64,000 bases of DNA from Tubulanus polymorphus (lineage: Eukaryota; Animalia; Nemertea). Both the position numbers and the translations under genes were made by a program. The DNA lies in NCBI RefSeq assembly GCF_964204645.1, contig NC_134032.1:15612275-15676274 (forward strand), read 5' to 3'. The notes under the pieces were generated by a model. It ran no database searches, was not told the origin of the DNA, and saw only the letters and a list, made by a program, of their open reading frames with translations. This document shows, piece by piece, positions 13,581 to 59,637 of this stretch (position 1 is its first letter; every line of letters starts with the position of its first letter).

Positions 13581-13902
13581 ATTTATGACTTAAATCTGAT
13601 TAGAGATTTTTCTCTAGACGAGTCTAAACACAACATAAAATCTTAAAAATTGAAATATTTGAAATCTCTTTCTTAACTTCAATGTTTTCTATTTTTCATC
13701 CATTAATCATATATTACATGCATCTCATTATTTTCTCATTACAAACTAAACTCAATTCATTTACATTCAATCATTTTTTTAGTCTTTTTGCGAAATAACG
13801 AAAGTCACCAATTATACTTAAACAGTTTCAACACCTTTAAACTCCTTCCACTTGATCCATTACGCGATTACACAACACTATTACAACTTCAGATCATTAT
13901 GA

Positions 13903-14822
13903 AATTGCGGTTCTCGACACTGAATTACACTGGTCCGGTTCATCGTTTAATTGCGGTTCTCGACACTGAATTACACTGGTCCGGTTCGTCGTTTAATTGC
14001 GGTTCTGGACACTGAATTACACTGGTCCGGTTCATCGTTTAATTGTGATTCTCGACACTGAATTACACTGGTCCGGTTCATCGTTTAACTGCGGTTCTGG
14101 ACACTGAATTACACTGGTCTGGTTCATCGTTTAATTGTGATTCTCGACACTGAATTACACTGGTCCGGTTCATCGTTTAATTGCGGTTCTCAACACTGAA
14201 TTACACTGGTCCAGTACATCCTTTAATTGCGGTTCTCGACACTGAATTACACTGGTCCGGTTCATCGTTTAATTGCGGTTCTTGACACTGAATTACACTG
14301 GTCAGGTTCATCATTTAATTGCGGTTCTCGACACTGAATTACACTGGTCCGGTTCATCGTTTAATTGCGGTTCTCGGCACTGAATTACACTGGTCCGGTT
14401 CATCGTTTAATTGCGGTTCTCGACACTGAATTACACTGGTCAGGTTCATCGTTTAATTGTGGTTCTCGACACTGAATTAAACTGGTCCGGTTCATCGTTT
14501 AATTGCGGTTCTTGACACTGAATTACACTGGTCAGGTTCATCATTTAATTGCGGTTCTCGACACTGAATTACACTGGTCCGGTTCATCGTTTAATTGCGG
14601 TTCTCGGCACTGAATTACACTGGTCCGGTTCATCGTTTAATTGCGGTTCTCGACACTGAATTACACTGGTCAGGTTCATCGTTTAATTGTGGTTCTCGAC
14701 ACTGAATTAAACTGGTCCGGTTCATCGTTTAATTGTGGTTCTCGACACTGAATTAAACTGGTCCGGTTCATCGTTTAATTGCGGTTCTCGACACTGAATT
14801 ACACTGGTCCAGTTCATCGTTC
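13903..14822. repeat. 46-bp minisatellite, ~20 copies
   Basis: Unit AATTGCGGTTCTCGACACTGAATTACACTGGTCCGGTTCATCGTTT. Confidence 0.97.
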
Positions 14823-14933
14823 ACCGAATTCTTCTGGTGTGAACAGAACTGTTTTCAAGGTTTCAATCACATTGGTTCGATCTCAATCGCTATCGTATAG
14901 ATGCAAAGTGTTGGTTCAATGAAATAGCAGACT

Positions 14934-15670
14934 CTTAATTTCTGCTGCATGTGAATCTCAACAAACGAAAAACTGAAAAGACAAAAAATAAACAACAAAT
15001 AAATAAAGATGTCAAAGTCAACTCGCTTATTGTAAAAAGAAGATAGAATGTTAGAATTTCATAGAAAAACATGAGATAATTACCTGATTTGTTTGAGTGA
15101 TGATTTCTAAGCAGCAACTTGCGAACAATTCGTATCTGGTTATATCAGGAAGTCGCAATGAGATTTTCTTCAATCTACGCCGAATTAAGTCTTCAATATC
15201 TTAAGTAACATTGTAACAGTTTCTGACTATAACTGATCACAGCTAATTGAAAACTGAAAAGACAAAAAATAAACAACAAATCGATAAGATTTCAAAGTTA
15301 ACTCATTTAATCGGAAAAACAAACAGATAAATTATAGGTGATTTCATACAGAAATATAAGATAATTACCTGATTTGCTTGTCAGATGAATTCCATGTTGC
15401 CAGTTGTACGGACAATTTGTGAATAAATCTCTTTATAAACCTCTTTATATCAAGAAACCGCAATAAGATTTCTAACATCTACCGCCAAATAATGTCTTCG
15501 TTATCTTAACTACCGGTACCATTGTAACAGCAAATTGAAAACTGAAAAGACAAAAATAAATGACAAATGAACAAAGATTACAGAGTAAACTCATTAAATT
15601 TTAGGAACAAAAATTAGTAAAATTAGCATTTCATACAACATAAAATAATTACCTGATTTGCTTGTGAGAT
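14934..15670 (-). repeat. Triplicated ~285-bp intron/exon unit (diverged)
   Basis: CTGAAAAGACAAAAAATAAA (minus-strand acceptor) and AATTACCTGATTTG (minus-strand donor) each occur three times. Confidence 0.7.
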
Positions 15671-16002
15671 GAACTGCAAGTCACCAGATGTTCTAAGTCT
15701 GCTGAAGCTGAGTATGGTTGGTATGCGAGTATAGTGGATTTCATTCAGGAGCTGATTAATTACTGATTACTGCTTCCTCTGATGTTGTTGTTGTTGTCGC
15801 CGATTCTGTCGTCTTTCTGTCGTCTTGTTGATTTACAATACATTTTTTTCTTACAATATTTGTTTTTTTCTTACATCATTTTTCTTTTCTTTCAAACAAT
15901 AATTATTCTTCCTTTTGAATTTAAACAATACCTCTTTTGATCAAACAAGACATCAATATTTTGATTATTAAGAAACTAGGAATTACTGAATTGAGACAAT
16001 CA

Positions 16003-16520
16003 AATCTTCACAATTAACAGGTTTGATTCCTAATATTCAAATCAAAGATTTTCTAATCTTCATAATTAACAGGTTTGGTTCCTGATATTCAAATCAAAGA
16101 TTTTCTTATCTTCATAATTAACAGGTTTGGTTCCTGATATTCAAATCAAAGATTTTTTAATCTTCACAATTAACAGGTTTGGTTCCTGATATTCAAATCA
16201 AAGATTTTTTAATCTTCACAATTAACAGGTTTGGTTCCTGATATTCAAATCAAAGATTTTCTAATCTTCATAATTAACAGGTTTGGTTCCTGATATTCAA
16301 ATCAAAGATTTTTTAATCTTCACAATTAACAGGTTTGGTTCCTGATATTCAAATCAAAGATTTTTTAATCTTCACAATTAACAGGTTTGGTTCCTGATAT
16401 TCAAATCAAAGATTTTTTAATCTTCACAATTAACAGGTTTGGTTCCTGATATGCAAATCAAAGATTTTCTTATCTTCATAATTAACAGGTTTGATTCCAG
16501 ATATTCAAAACAAGTCTTTT
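16003..16520. repeat. 52-bp minisatellite, ~10 copies
   Basis: TTAACAGG recurs at 16014, 16066 and onward. Confidence 0.95.
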
Positions 16521-16649
16521 AATGTTCATAATTAGAAGTTTAGCTCCCGATTTTTTAATCAAGACATTTAAATCTTGACATAATCTTGACAGGTTTGATT
16601 CCTGATTTTTAACTGACACATATGTTTTTCAAATGTGTCTTCACACAAA

Positions 16650-17460
16650 TTAGAGCTTTAAGAAGTTCTTTCAAATCCGCCTTGAGTCAAAGTGGATTTA
16701 ACTGCAACTCGGGTCAAATGGTGAACTTTGGTAAGTTCTTTCAAATACGTCTTATGATGAACAAAGAACTTTGAGAAGTTCTTTCAAATACGGCTCTAGT
16801 TGAAGTAGATTAAACTATGGTTTGAGTCATATCAAAAACTTCATACAAATATGTCTTATGACAAAAAACTTTGAGAAGTTCAGAAAAATATGTCTAATGA
16901 CAAACAAAGAACTTTGAGAAGTTTTTTCAAATCAGACTTGAGTCGAAGTAGATTTAAATGCAACGCGAATCAAATAATGAACTTAAGGAAGTTCATACAC
17001 ATACGTCTTATGACAAACAAAGAACTTTGAGAAGTTCTTTCATATCTGACTTTAGTCGAAGTAGATTTAAATGCGGCGCGAGTCAAATAATGAACTTAAG
17101 GAAGTTCATACACATACGTCTTATGACAAACAAAGAACTTTGAGAAGTTCTTTCATAACTGACTTTAGTCGAAGTAGATTTAAATGCGACGCATTCAAAT
17201 GCGATGCATTCAAATAATGAACTTAAGGAAGTTCATTCAACTCTATAATATGGCAACCTTCGGAAGTTCTTTCAAATCCAACTGCAGATCGACTTAAGTA
17301 ATAAACTTTGAGAAGTTCATTCAAGTATGTTGTGCGCGGCTCGAGTCAAATAAAGAACTTTGAGGTGTTCATCTTTTAAGAATTTCTTCCAAATGCATCA
17401 ATCAACGAACTAAGAACTTATGCGAGAGTCAAATTTTGACTAAGTTCTTTCCAAATGTAG
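16650..17460. repeat. Degenerate repeats built on GAACTTTGAGAAGTTCTTTCAAAT (~120-bp higher unit)
   Basis: Motif recurs more than 10 times. Confidence 0.75.
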
Positions 17461-17774
17461 TCCGAGACAAATTTCTCCCAAGATTTTCAAACACTTGGTT
17501 AAATGACTTTTTTCCCTATATGTATGGCTTCAATTAAATGATCCAATAATTTATTTGTGATCAAATATTTCATCTTATATCATATCATCCTCAGGTGGAA
17601 TAACTGTTGCAAGGTTCCCAAAATCTCATCTACATCTAGATTTTTCAATAAGCAATAACATTTCAATCTACCTGAGAACTCATCTGGAAGTGGCTGACAT
17701 ATGCCAGAAAACACTTCTTAATCTGATAAACACAGCAAGTTAAGCAAAAACATACATGGCTTCCAATAAACTTT

Positions 17775-18175
17775 TGAGTTTCAGATAAGTTTCAGATTCA
17801 AGAGATCGATGTTTAAGTTTCAGATTCAACAGCTCGATGTTTGAGTTTCAGATTCAACAGATCGATGTTTAAGTTTCAGATTCAACAGCTCGATGTTTGA
17901 GTTTCAGATTCAACAGATCGATGTTTAAGTTTCAGATTCAACAGATCGATGTTTAAGTTTCAGATTCAACAGATCGATGTTTAAGTTTCAGATTCAACAG
18001 CTCGATGTTTAAGTTTCAGATTCAACAGATCGATGTTTAAGTTTCAGATTCAACAGATCGATGTTTAAGTTTCAGATTTAACAGATCGATGTTTAAGTTT
18101 CAGATTCAACAGATCGATGTTTAAGTTTCAGATTCAACAGCTCGATGTTTAAGTTTCAGATTCAACAGCTCGATT
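17775..18175. repeat. 28-bp minisatellite A, ~14 copies
   Basis: Unit GATTCAACAGATCGATGTTTAAGTTTCA. Confidence 0.95.
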
Positions 18176-18681
18176 CAAAACTGATGTTTAATTAATTTTC
18201 AATTTTCAAACAGATGCCAGAATTAATTGATAAAGATGCAGAAGTGGTGAAGTGTGAATGGTGTAGTGCAGGTGCAAGTCGGCGCCTTGTGCAATAAATG
18301 TGCAAAGTGAAGATGTGCATGAATCAACTTTCTTCTGGCATCTTTCCAACAGCAGTATCTACCAAATTATAGATCACCTAATCAATAGTAAGAGGATGAG
18401 CAATTTTCAAGATGAGAGTCTCTAGTGAGACCGAGCGTCTTTCAAGATTTTTTGATTTTTTAAATTGCTTTTAAACTCTTGAAATTCATAATTAGTAATA
18501 ATCTCTTTATATCAAGGTAACGATAATGAATCCTAACTTTCCTTGCAACAGTTATATTCCTAGAATAATTGAATTGAATTTGATGTATATACCAATAGAT
18601 ATGCAATTGATTCAAGGTGGAAACAATTGATCTCGTTTAACACCAATGGGGTGTAGGTTTTCACCAGCTAAAAGCTGTTTT

Positions 18682-18799
18682 GTAGCAGCATTTGAGAGTT
18701 GATATTTGGCAGTCTCGTAGCAGCATTTTGAGAGTTGATATTTGGCAGTCTCGTAGCAGCATTTTGAGAGTTGATATTTGGCAGTCTCTGAGCAGCATT
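18682..18799. repeat. 36-bp tandem repeat, ~3 copies
   Basis: Unit GTAGCAGCATTTTGAGAGTTGATATTTGGCAGTCTC. Confidence 0.9.
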
Positions 18800-19019
18800 A
18801 ACAAAACCGACCCTGCGCCACATGGTTATTCTTTGTTATATGTGAGATGTATTTCGATAGTTGCGATTACACACGACGATCTGCGTAAATATAAAACTGA
18901 AACGACAAAGAAAATGACAAATGAATAACAATGTCGAAGTAAATTCATTTAATCGTTATAACAAATATGTAAAATAAGCAATTTCATACAGTAACAGCAT
19001 AATTACCTGATTTGCATTG

Positions 19020-19775
19020 ATTTGATCCGATGAGGAGCTGTTTATGGAGCTGTTGAGTGACGAGGAGCTGTTGAGTGATGAGGAGCTGTTGTGTGACGAG
19101 GAGCTGTTGTGTGACGAGGAGCTGTTGATTTTCGATGCGGAGCTGTTGTGTGACGAGAAGCTGTTGATTTTCGATGAGGAGCTGTTGAGTGACGAGCTGT
19201 TGATTTCCGATGAGGAGCTGTTGATTTTCGATGCGGAGCTGTTGTGTGACGAGAAGCTGTTGATTTTCGATGAGGAGCTGTTGAGTGACGAGCTGTTGAT
19301 TTCCGATGAGGAGCTGTTGATTTTCGATGCGGAGCTGTTGTGTGACGAGGAGCTGTTGATTTCCGATGAGGAGCTGTTGTGTGACGAGAAGCTGTTGATT
19401 TTCGATGAGGAGCTGCTGATTTTCGATGCGGAGCTGTTGTGTGACGAGGAGCTGTTGATTTCCGATGAGGAGTTGTTGTGTGACGAGAAGCTGTTGATTT
19501 TCGATGAGGAGCTGCTGATTTTCGATGCGGAGCTGTTGTGTGACGAGGAGCTGTTGATTTCCGATGAGGAGCTGTTGTGCGACGAAGAGCTGTTGATTTC
19601 CGATGAGGAGCTGTTGATTTTCGATGAGGAACTGTTGATTTCCGATGAGGAGCTGTAGTGTGACGAGGAGCTGTTGATTTTCGATGAGGAACTGTTGATT
19701 TCCGATGAGGAGCTGTAGTGTGACGAGGAGCTGTTGTGTGACGAGGAGCTGTTGATTTCTGATGAGGAGCTGTTG
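19020..19775 (-). repeat. Compound 15/18/21-bp minisatellite; possible low-complexity exon (Ser-rich or TAPHRKS frame)
   Basis: Units such as GATGAGGAGCTGTTGATTTTC and GACGAGGAGCTGTTGTGT; minus-strand ORFs 18956-19822 and 19042-19794; donor CAG|gtaatt at ~19007. Confidence refers to the repeat; coding status is uncertain. Confidence 0.85.
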
Positions 19776-20040
19776 TAGAGTTCTTCAAAAACATACATAA
19801 CGGGCGACCAATATGTGACCAAAGTTCAATTTTTATTAATCATTATTTATCAATTATTTTATATTTCAATTTTGCAGTGCGTTATAATCTTGCCAACTGC
19901 ATCTTACGACTGTTTGAGAACTTTAACAAGTTCTTTCAATAGCATTTTATGACAGATTGAGAACTTTAACAAGTACTTGCAATTGCATCTTATGATGGAT
20001 TGAGAACTTTAACTACTTTTCATTTTTTCTTTTTTTTTAA

Positions 20041-20457
20041 GATTCAATACCTCGATTTTTCAGTTCGAGATTCAATACCTCGATTTTTCAGTTCGAGATT
20101 CAATACCTCGATGTTTTAGTTCGAGATTCAATACCTCGATGTTTTAGTTCGAGATTCAATACCTCGATGTTTCAGTTCGAGATTCAATACCTCGATGTTT
20201 CAGTTCGAGATTCAATACCTCGATGTTTCAGTTTGAGATTCAATACCGCGATGTTTCAGTTCGAGATTCAATACCTCGATATTTCAGTTCGAGATTCAAT
20301 ACCTCGATGTTTCAGTTCGAGATTCAATACCTCGATATTTCAGTTTGAGATTCAATACCTCGATGTTTCAGTTCAAGATTCAATACCTCGATATTTCAGT
20401 TCGAGATTCAATACCTCGATGTTTCAGTTCAAGATTCAATACCTCAATGTTTCAGTC
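20041..20457. repeat. 28-bp minisatellite B, ~15 copies (homologous to A)
   Basis: Unit GATTCAATACCTCGATGTTTCAGTTCGA. Confidence 0.95.
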
Positions 20458-20850
20458 GCACCCGCAAATAAATAAATTGGATGATAGATTTTATAATTTT
20501 TTTTTTCATTTTTGATTTTAAATTTTTTTGATGAATGACATGAATGGGTGCGATAGGAATCGCACCCGCAAATAAATTGGATGAAATGAGATGAGATTTT
20601 TTAAGATTTTATAATTTTTTTTTCATTTTTGATTTTTTAGATTTTTTTGATGAATGACATGAATGGGTGCGATAGGGATCGCACCCGCAAATAAATAAAT
20701 TGGATGAAATGAGATGAGATTTTTTAAGATTTTATTATTTTTTTTTTATTTTTGATTTTTTAGATTTTTTTGATGAATGACATGAATGGGTGCGATAGGG
20801 ATCGCACCCGCAAATAAATTGGATGAAATGAGATGAGATTTTTAATTTTT
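20456..20850. repeat. ~120-bp tandem repeat (3 copies), each with a GC hairpin
   Basis: GGGTGCGAT-AGG(G/A)-ATCGCACCC in each unit. Confidence 0.9.
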
Positions 20851-21085
20851 TTTTAAAATGTAAAGTTAAATAAACCACCCCTGGGGTACACCGGCTAGGA
20901 AAGCAAGCGCCACCATACGGACGATGAGCTAAAAAAGGCAATCAAGGAGGAACCCTAAACTAACCCCAACCCCACCACCATCCCCCCGGCTTTGTACTGG
21001 TACAATTCCGGATTTAAGAAAATAAAAATCAAAAATAACATATACCACACTGAATAACACAACAACAAAGAAAATAAGCATGAGT

Positions 21086-21545
21086 CAACGCCCAGTATGC
21101 TGGGCGGGAAACATAAACAGAAGGAACCAGGCCCAATTCCCGGCCACCTTCATACTGGACGTTGACTCGAAAACGTCCTTTTTGGTTACCAAAAGAAAAT
21201 TTAAAATGAGGGCAGTTTAAAGTCATACCCAGGACAAATTTTAAAAGCGAAGTCGAATTAACCCTTTAAAGCCCAGACACTCTAGGAAACTTATCAAAGG
21301 AGAGTGTGTGATGGCACCTTTCCCATCACCTGCCTTTGATAAGCTCCCAGAGCGAGCACCTTTAGGAGCCAACGCCCAGTATGCTGGGCGGGAAACAGAA
21401 ACGGGAAGGAAACAGGCCCAATTCCCGACCACCTTCATACTGGACGTTGAGTCAAAAAGGTGCTTTGGGCTTTAAAGAGTTAAATCGACACGCCTTTAAA
21501 ATGAGTTAAAATCAGGGCAGTTTAAAGTCGTACCCAGGACGAATT
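21086..21545. repeat. ~285-bp-period direct duplication with hairpin CGCCCAG-TATG-CTGGGCG
   Basis: CAACGCCCAGTATGCTGGGCGGGAAACA at ~21086 and ~21370. Confidence 0.8.
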
Positions 21546-21564
21546 CACCAGCCAAATCAAACCC

Positions 21565-21905
21565 ATACAACAATGTACAGTTACAACAATGTACAGCTAC
21601 AACAATGTACAGTTAAAACTATGTACAGTTAAAACTATATACAATTGTGAAACTATGTACTGTTAAGACTATGTACAATTATAACTATGTACAATTATAA
21701 CTATGTACAGTTAAAACTATGTACTATTAAAACTATATATAGTTAAAACTATGTACAGTTAAAACTATATACAATTGAAACTATGTACAGTTAAGACTAT
21801 ATACTGTACAGTTAAGACTATATACAATTAAAACTATGTACAATTAAACCTATGTACAATTAAACCTATGTACAGTTAAAACTATGTACAATTAAAACTA
21901 TGTAC
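21565..21905. repeat. ~16-bp minisatellite AAAACTATGTACAGTT
   Basis: Direct periodicity; same family as 24175-24960. Confidence 0.9.
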
Positions 21906-22362
21906 AAGTCAGGGCAGTTTAACGTCATACCCCAGGACAAATTCATCCGTAGAACTGGTCCCAGAGTCAAACCCAAACAACTGTGTGATTGGATCCAGAC
22001 TCAAATCGAAACCAGAGAGAGTTAGTCACAACCAGAAAACTGTGAAACTGAATCCCGACACGGCAGCCAGTAACAACAGAACCATCGCGTCCTGTAAGCT
22101 ACAAACTAATAAAAGTTTCCAATAAAAAATCACTCAAGTCGGTTAAAAGTTTACTCCAGACTAGATAAGCCTTCGAGATAGAAAGTGAAGACCAACTCAG
22201 AATTCATATCTGAGTTCAAAGAATGCCTCAAACAAATGCGATCAATTGATCTAACAAAAAGCCAGGGTTATACCATAGTTAACATAGACAGTAATATCAC
22301 CTCACCCATGTGCAGGATGATATCTGTCCACCTGTACAGTGTTCACCTGTACAGTGTTCTAC

Positions 22363-23310
22363 AGTAATACCGGTCCGAACTAACAACTACGTTCAATCAT
22401 CTAGTAATACCGGTCCGAACTAACTACCACGTTCAATCATCTAGTAATACCGGTCCGAACTAACTACCACGTTCAATCATCTAGTAATACCGGTCCGAAC
22501 TAACTACTACGTTCAATCATCTAGTAATACCGGTCCGAACTAACTACCACGTTCAATCATCTAGTAATACCGGTCCGAACTAACTACCACGTTCAATCAT
22601 CCAGTTATACCGGTCCTAACTTACTACCACGTTTAATCATCTAGTAATACCGGTCTGAACTAACTACCACGTTCAATCATCTAGTAATACCGGTACGAAC
22701 TTACTACCACGTTCAATCATCTAGTAATACCGGTCCTAACTAACTACCACGTTCAATCATCTAGTAATACCGGTCCGAACTAACTACCACGTTCAATCAT
22801 CTAGTAATACCGGTACGAACTAACTACCACGTTCAATCATCTAGTAATACCGGTACGAACTAACTACCACGTTCAATCATCTAGTAATACCGGTACGAAC
22901 TTACTACCACGTTCAATCATCTAGTAATACCGGTCCGAACTAACTACCACGTTCAATCATCTAGTAATACCGGTCCGAACTAACTACCACGTTCAATCAT
23001 CTAGTAATACCGGTACGAACTAACTACCACGTTCAATCATCTAGTAATACCGGTCCGAACTAACTACCACGTTCAATCATCTAGTAATACCGGTCCGAAC
23101 TAACTACTACGTTCAATCATCTAGTAATACCGGTACGAACTAACTACCAGTAATACCGGTACGAACTAACTACTACGTTAAATCATCTAGTAATACCGGT
23201 CCGAACTAACTACCACGTTCAATCATCTAGTAATACCGGTACGAACCAACTACTACGTTCAATCATCTAGTAATACCGGTCCGAACTAACTACCACGTTC
23301 AATCATCTAT
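22363..23310. repeat. 40-bp minisatellite, ~23 copies
   Basis: Unit CTAGTAATACCGGTCCGAACTAACTACCACGTTCAATCAT. Confidence 0.97.
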
Positions 23311-23509
23311 CAGCCATAGAAATACAACCAGACGAGCGGGTTAAACAAGCAGGCTTAACGAACAGCCTTCACGAGTGGGCTTAATGAGTGAGCATAACCA
23401 GCCAGCTTAATGAACGGGCTTAACGAGCGGGCTTAATGAGCTAGCTTAACAAGTGAGCTCAACCAGCCGGCTTAACGAACGGGTATCACGAGCGGGCCAA
23501 ATGAGCCGG

Positions 23510-24020
<511 letters not shown>

Positions 24021-24174
24021 GAGAGAAAGAGAGAGAGGTAGTTAAGAGAAAGAGAGAAGGAAAAGAGAAGGAGAGATGTAGAAAAAGAGAGGGGGACCTG
24101 TATGTATATATATACATATATATGTTCTTCAAGATGGTCGCCATAGACACAAAGTGGAGGGAGAATTAAAAAGA

Positions 24175-24960
24175 ACCTATATACACTATACAACTAAAAC
24201 TATATACAGTTGAAACTATATACAACTAAAATTATATACAACTAAAACTATATACAATTGAAACTATATACAACTAAAACTATATACAACTAAAACTATA
24301 TACAATTGAAACTATATACAACTAAAACTATATACAACTAAAACTATATACAGTTGAAACTATATACAACTAAAACTATATACAGTTGAAACCATATACA
24401 ACTAAAACTATGTACAGTTGAAACTATATACAACTAAAACTATGTACAGTTGAAACTATATACAACTAAAACTATATACAGTTAAAACTATATACAACTA
24501 AAACTATATACAGTTGAAACTATATACAACTAAAACTATATACAGTTGAAACTATATACAGTTGAAACTATATACAGTTAAAACTATATACAATATAAAC
24601 TATATACAACTAAAACTATATACAACTAAAACTATATACAACTAAAACTATATACAACTAAAACTATATACAACTAAAACTATATACAACTAAAACTATA
24701 TACAGTTAAAACTATATACAGTTGAAACTATATACAGTGAAAACTATATACAACTAAAACTATATACAGTTGAAACTATATACAATTAAAACTATATACA
24801 GTTAAAACTATATACAGTTGAAACTATATACAGTGAAAACTATATACAATTAAAACTATATACAATTGAAACTATATACAATTAAAACTATGTACAGTTA
24901 AAACTATATACAATTAAAACTATGTACAGTTAAAACTATATACAATCAAAACTAAATACA
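24175..24960. repeat. 16-bp minisatellite AAAACTATATACAACT/GTT
   Basis: Directly visible. Confidence 0.95.
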
Positions 24961-24974
24961 AGTACATCTAAGTA

Positions 24975-25425
24975 CAATTAAACGCACCGAACTGTGGAAC
25001 TGAGTCCAGGTGTAATTAAACACACCGAACTGTGGAACTGAGTCCCGGTACAATTAAACACAGCGAACTGTGGAACTGAGTCCAGGTGTAATTAAACGCA
25101 CCGAACTGTGGAACTGAGTCCAGGTGTAATTAAACGCACCGAACTGTGGAACTGAGTCCAGGTATAATAAAACGCACCGAACTGTGGAACTGGATCCAGG
25201 TGTAATTAAACGCACCGAACTGTGGAACTGAGTCCAGGTGTAATTAAACATACCTAACTGTGGAACTGGATCCAGGTGTAATTAAACGCACCGAACTGTT
25301 GAACTGAGTCCAGGTGTAATTAAACGCACCGAACTGTGGAACTGAGTCCAGGTGTAATTAAACGCACCGAACTGTGGATCTGAGTCCAGGTGTAATTAAA
25401 CGCACCGAACTGTGGAACTGGGTTC
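24975..25425. repeat. 38-bp minisatellite, ~12 copies
   Basis: Unit AATTAAACGCACCGAACTGTGGAACTGAGTCCAGGTGT. Confidence 0.95.
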
Positions 25426-26033
25426 AGCATCTACCTAAACCCAGTGCTAAATCAAATCCACACAACTGTGGAATTGGATGCAGAATCGGATTTAATCCAC
25501 ACAACTGTGGAACTGTGTCCAGCATATAATTATACCAAAACGACTGTGGATCAGAGATAAAATGCCGATTCACCGATGAAAATATCTGGATTAAAAACTG
25601 TAGACTGTATATCTGCAACAGAGTCCAGAATGCCGACTTCATACGATGCGGCTGCGGTCGATTCATTTAAGACCGCTACTGTGCAAAGTGCCCGTTCACA
25701 CCAAGTGACGTAGTCGTCCGCGCGTTGATTCACGCTGTATGATATCGATAAAATCTCGTATAAAATCTCATATTCTATCATCATCCCACAAATATAACGT
25801 CATAGTTGCTGGATCTATTTTTGCAGCATATTTGACCTTATTTATCGATCTTTCGTTGAGTCAATCATCCGTTCGCGGTTACTATACACAACGCGATAGT
25901 AAAAGCTCTCTCACTACTCGAGAGCTAAAAAAGGAAACTGTTGTGTGTTATTCATTTGGGTATATGTTATAATTGATTTTTTTTCAGTGAAGGCATATTA
26001 GGTGCACATGAACGTCTCATGCGTTCAAGGCAC

Positions 26034-58078
<32,045 letters not shown>

Positions 58079-59317
58079 CTGTAAAGATAAAATAAAACAA
58101 AATATTAGATGGATATTCATGAATGCATGTATCACTGATTCAGTTTTCAATAAAAACATTAAATCCAGTGCCTCAAAACCAATAATCTGTTTAAATCCAG
58201 ATTATTGGTTTTGAGGCACTGGATTTAAACAGATTATTGGTTTTGAGGCACTGGATTTAAACAGATTATTGGTTTTGAGGCACTGGATTTAAACAGATTA
58301 AGGGAATATGATACGATTTGTCGATTTGATACGCGCAAAATTATTTCAATGAAACGACCTTGAGATATTCGCAAAGCGAGAAAAATACCGCAAAATACTG
58401 TCCGTACAGTGTCGACCCCTGTGTTATTTAGCCGCATTACACAATTTGACGTTACGCTTACACATTTTGTCAGAGTACAGACGAATAGACGAAATGCTGA
58501 TTTTTGGCGGGAATGGCCACCCAATGTAATGCACATATATTCATTGTACTGTTTCATTTTGAACACAGAGATGAAGCTCAGGACAAAGTTAGAATTTTAA
58601 AATCATTCTCGAAATCTAGGCAAATTAGACAAATTTCTGCGGGCTCAATGCAGATTTGGGATAACACTGGCTCTGTGAGAACTGAACGTGACGGTGAAAC
58701 TAAACTGTGAACCATTTTATGAGCTAAGGTAGCCCCCTTTTTGTGGAGATATCCGAAGCCGATTGCCACAGAAACTTCACTAGAAGTTGCAACAACTTCT
58801 GGGAATCGTGATTCCTCATTAAAATGAGACCTCCGGAATCCAGAACTTCACTATCTGACTTCTCAATTATGGGCTTGAGAAACTGGACTAAGGAAGATAC
58901 ACCTATTGGAGGTTCGTTCGAACTGAAATATTTTCCTGATTAAGCTCATTTCAGTTCTATAACCAATCTAACAACTTAAGACCAGTCTAAACTCATTTTG
59001 GTTCTATAACCAATCTAACAACTTAAGACCAGTCTAAACTCATTTTAGTTCTATGACCAATCTAACAACTTAAGACCAGTCTAAACTCATTTCAGTTCTA
59101 TAACCAATCTAACAACTTAAGACCAGTCTAAACTCATTTTGGTTCTATAACCAATCTAACAACTTAAGACCAGTCTAAACTCATTTCAGTTCTATAACCA
59201 ATCTAACAACTTAAGACCAGTCTAAACTCATTTCAGTTCTATAACCAATCTAACAACTTAAGACCAGTCTAAGCTCATTTCAGTTCTATAACCAATCTAA
59301 CAACTTAAGACCAGTCT

Positions 59318-59637
59318 AAATTACAATTTTTGGAACTAAAATTTGTATTTCCGAGTAGTACTTACCCTTTCCTATGGTTTTTGCCAATATTTTCTAAATT
59401 TGGATTTATCGCCAATGGTTTTTCTATACGACCCGGCCCTGCGGTATTGCATTTAGCCACCGGCGAAATCCGCCATCTTTTTTCGTCATAGCAGACCAAA
59501 AAAAAAAACAGCTATGCGGGGCAGGTGGGCGGGATTCCCACCATAGGAAAGGGTAAGTACTACTCGGAAATACAAATTTTAGTTCCAAAAATTGTAATAT
59601 TTCCATCGAGTACTGTACCCTTTCCTATGGTTTTTGC
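59318..59637 (-). repeat. DIRS right ITR + extension (59318 to ~59539) and internal complementary region (59540-59637)
   Basis: 59320-59378 is the exact 59-bp reverse complement of 59540-59598. 59600-59637 is a variant of the ITR start (TTTCCATCGAGTACTGTACCCTTTCCTATGGTTTTTGC). Confidence 0.92.

Noticed and set aside
19044-19658. Plus-strand DEELL-repeat ORF as a protein
   Set aside because: The same repeat continues through TAG stops (19656, 19716), and splice signals point to the minus strand.
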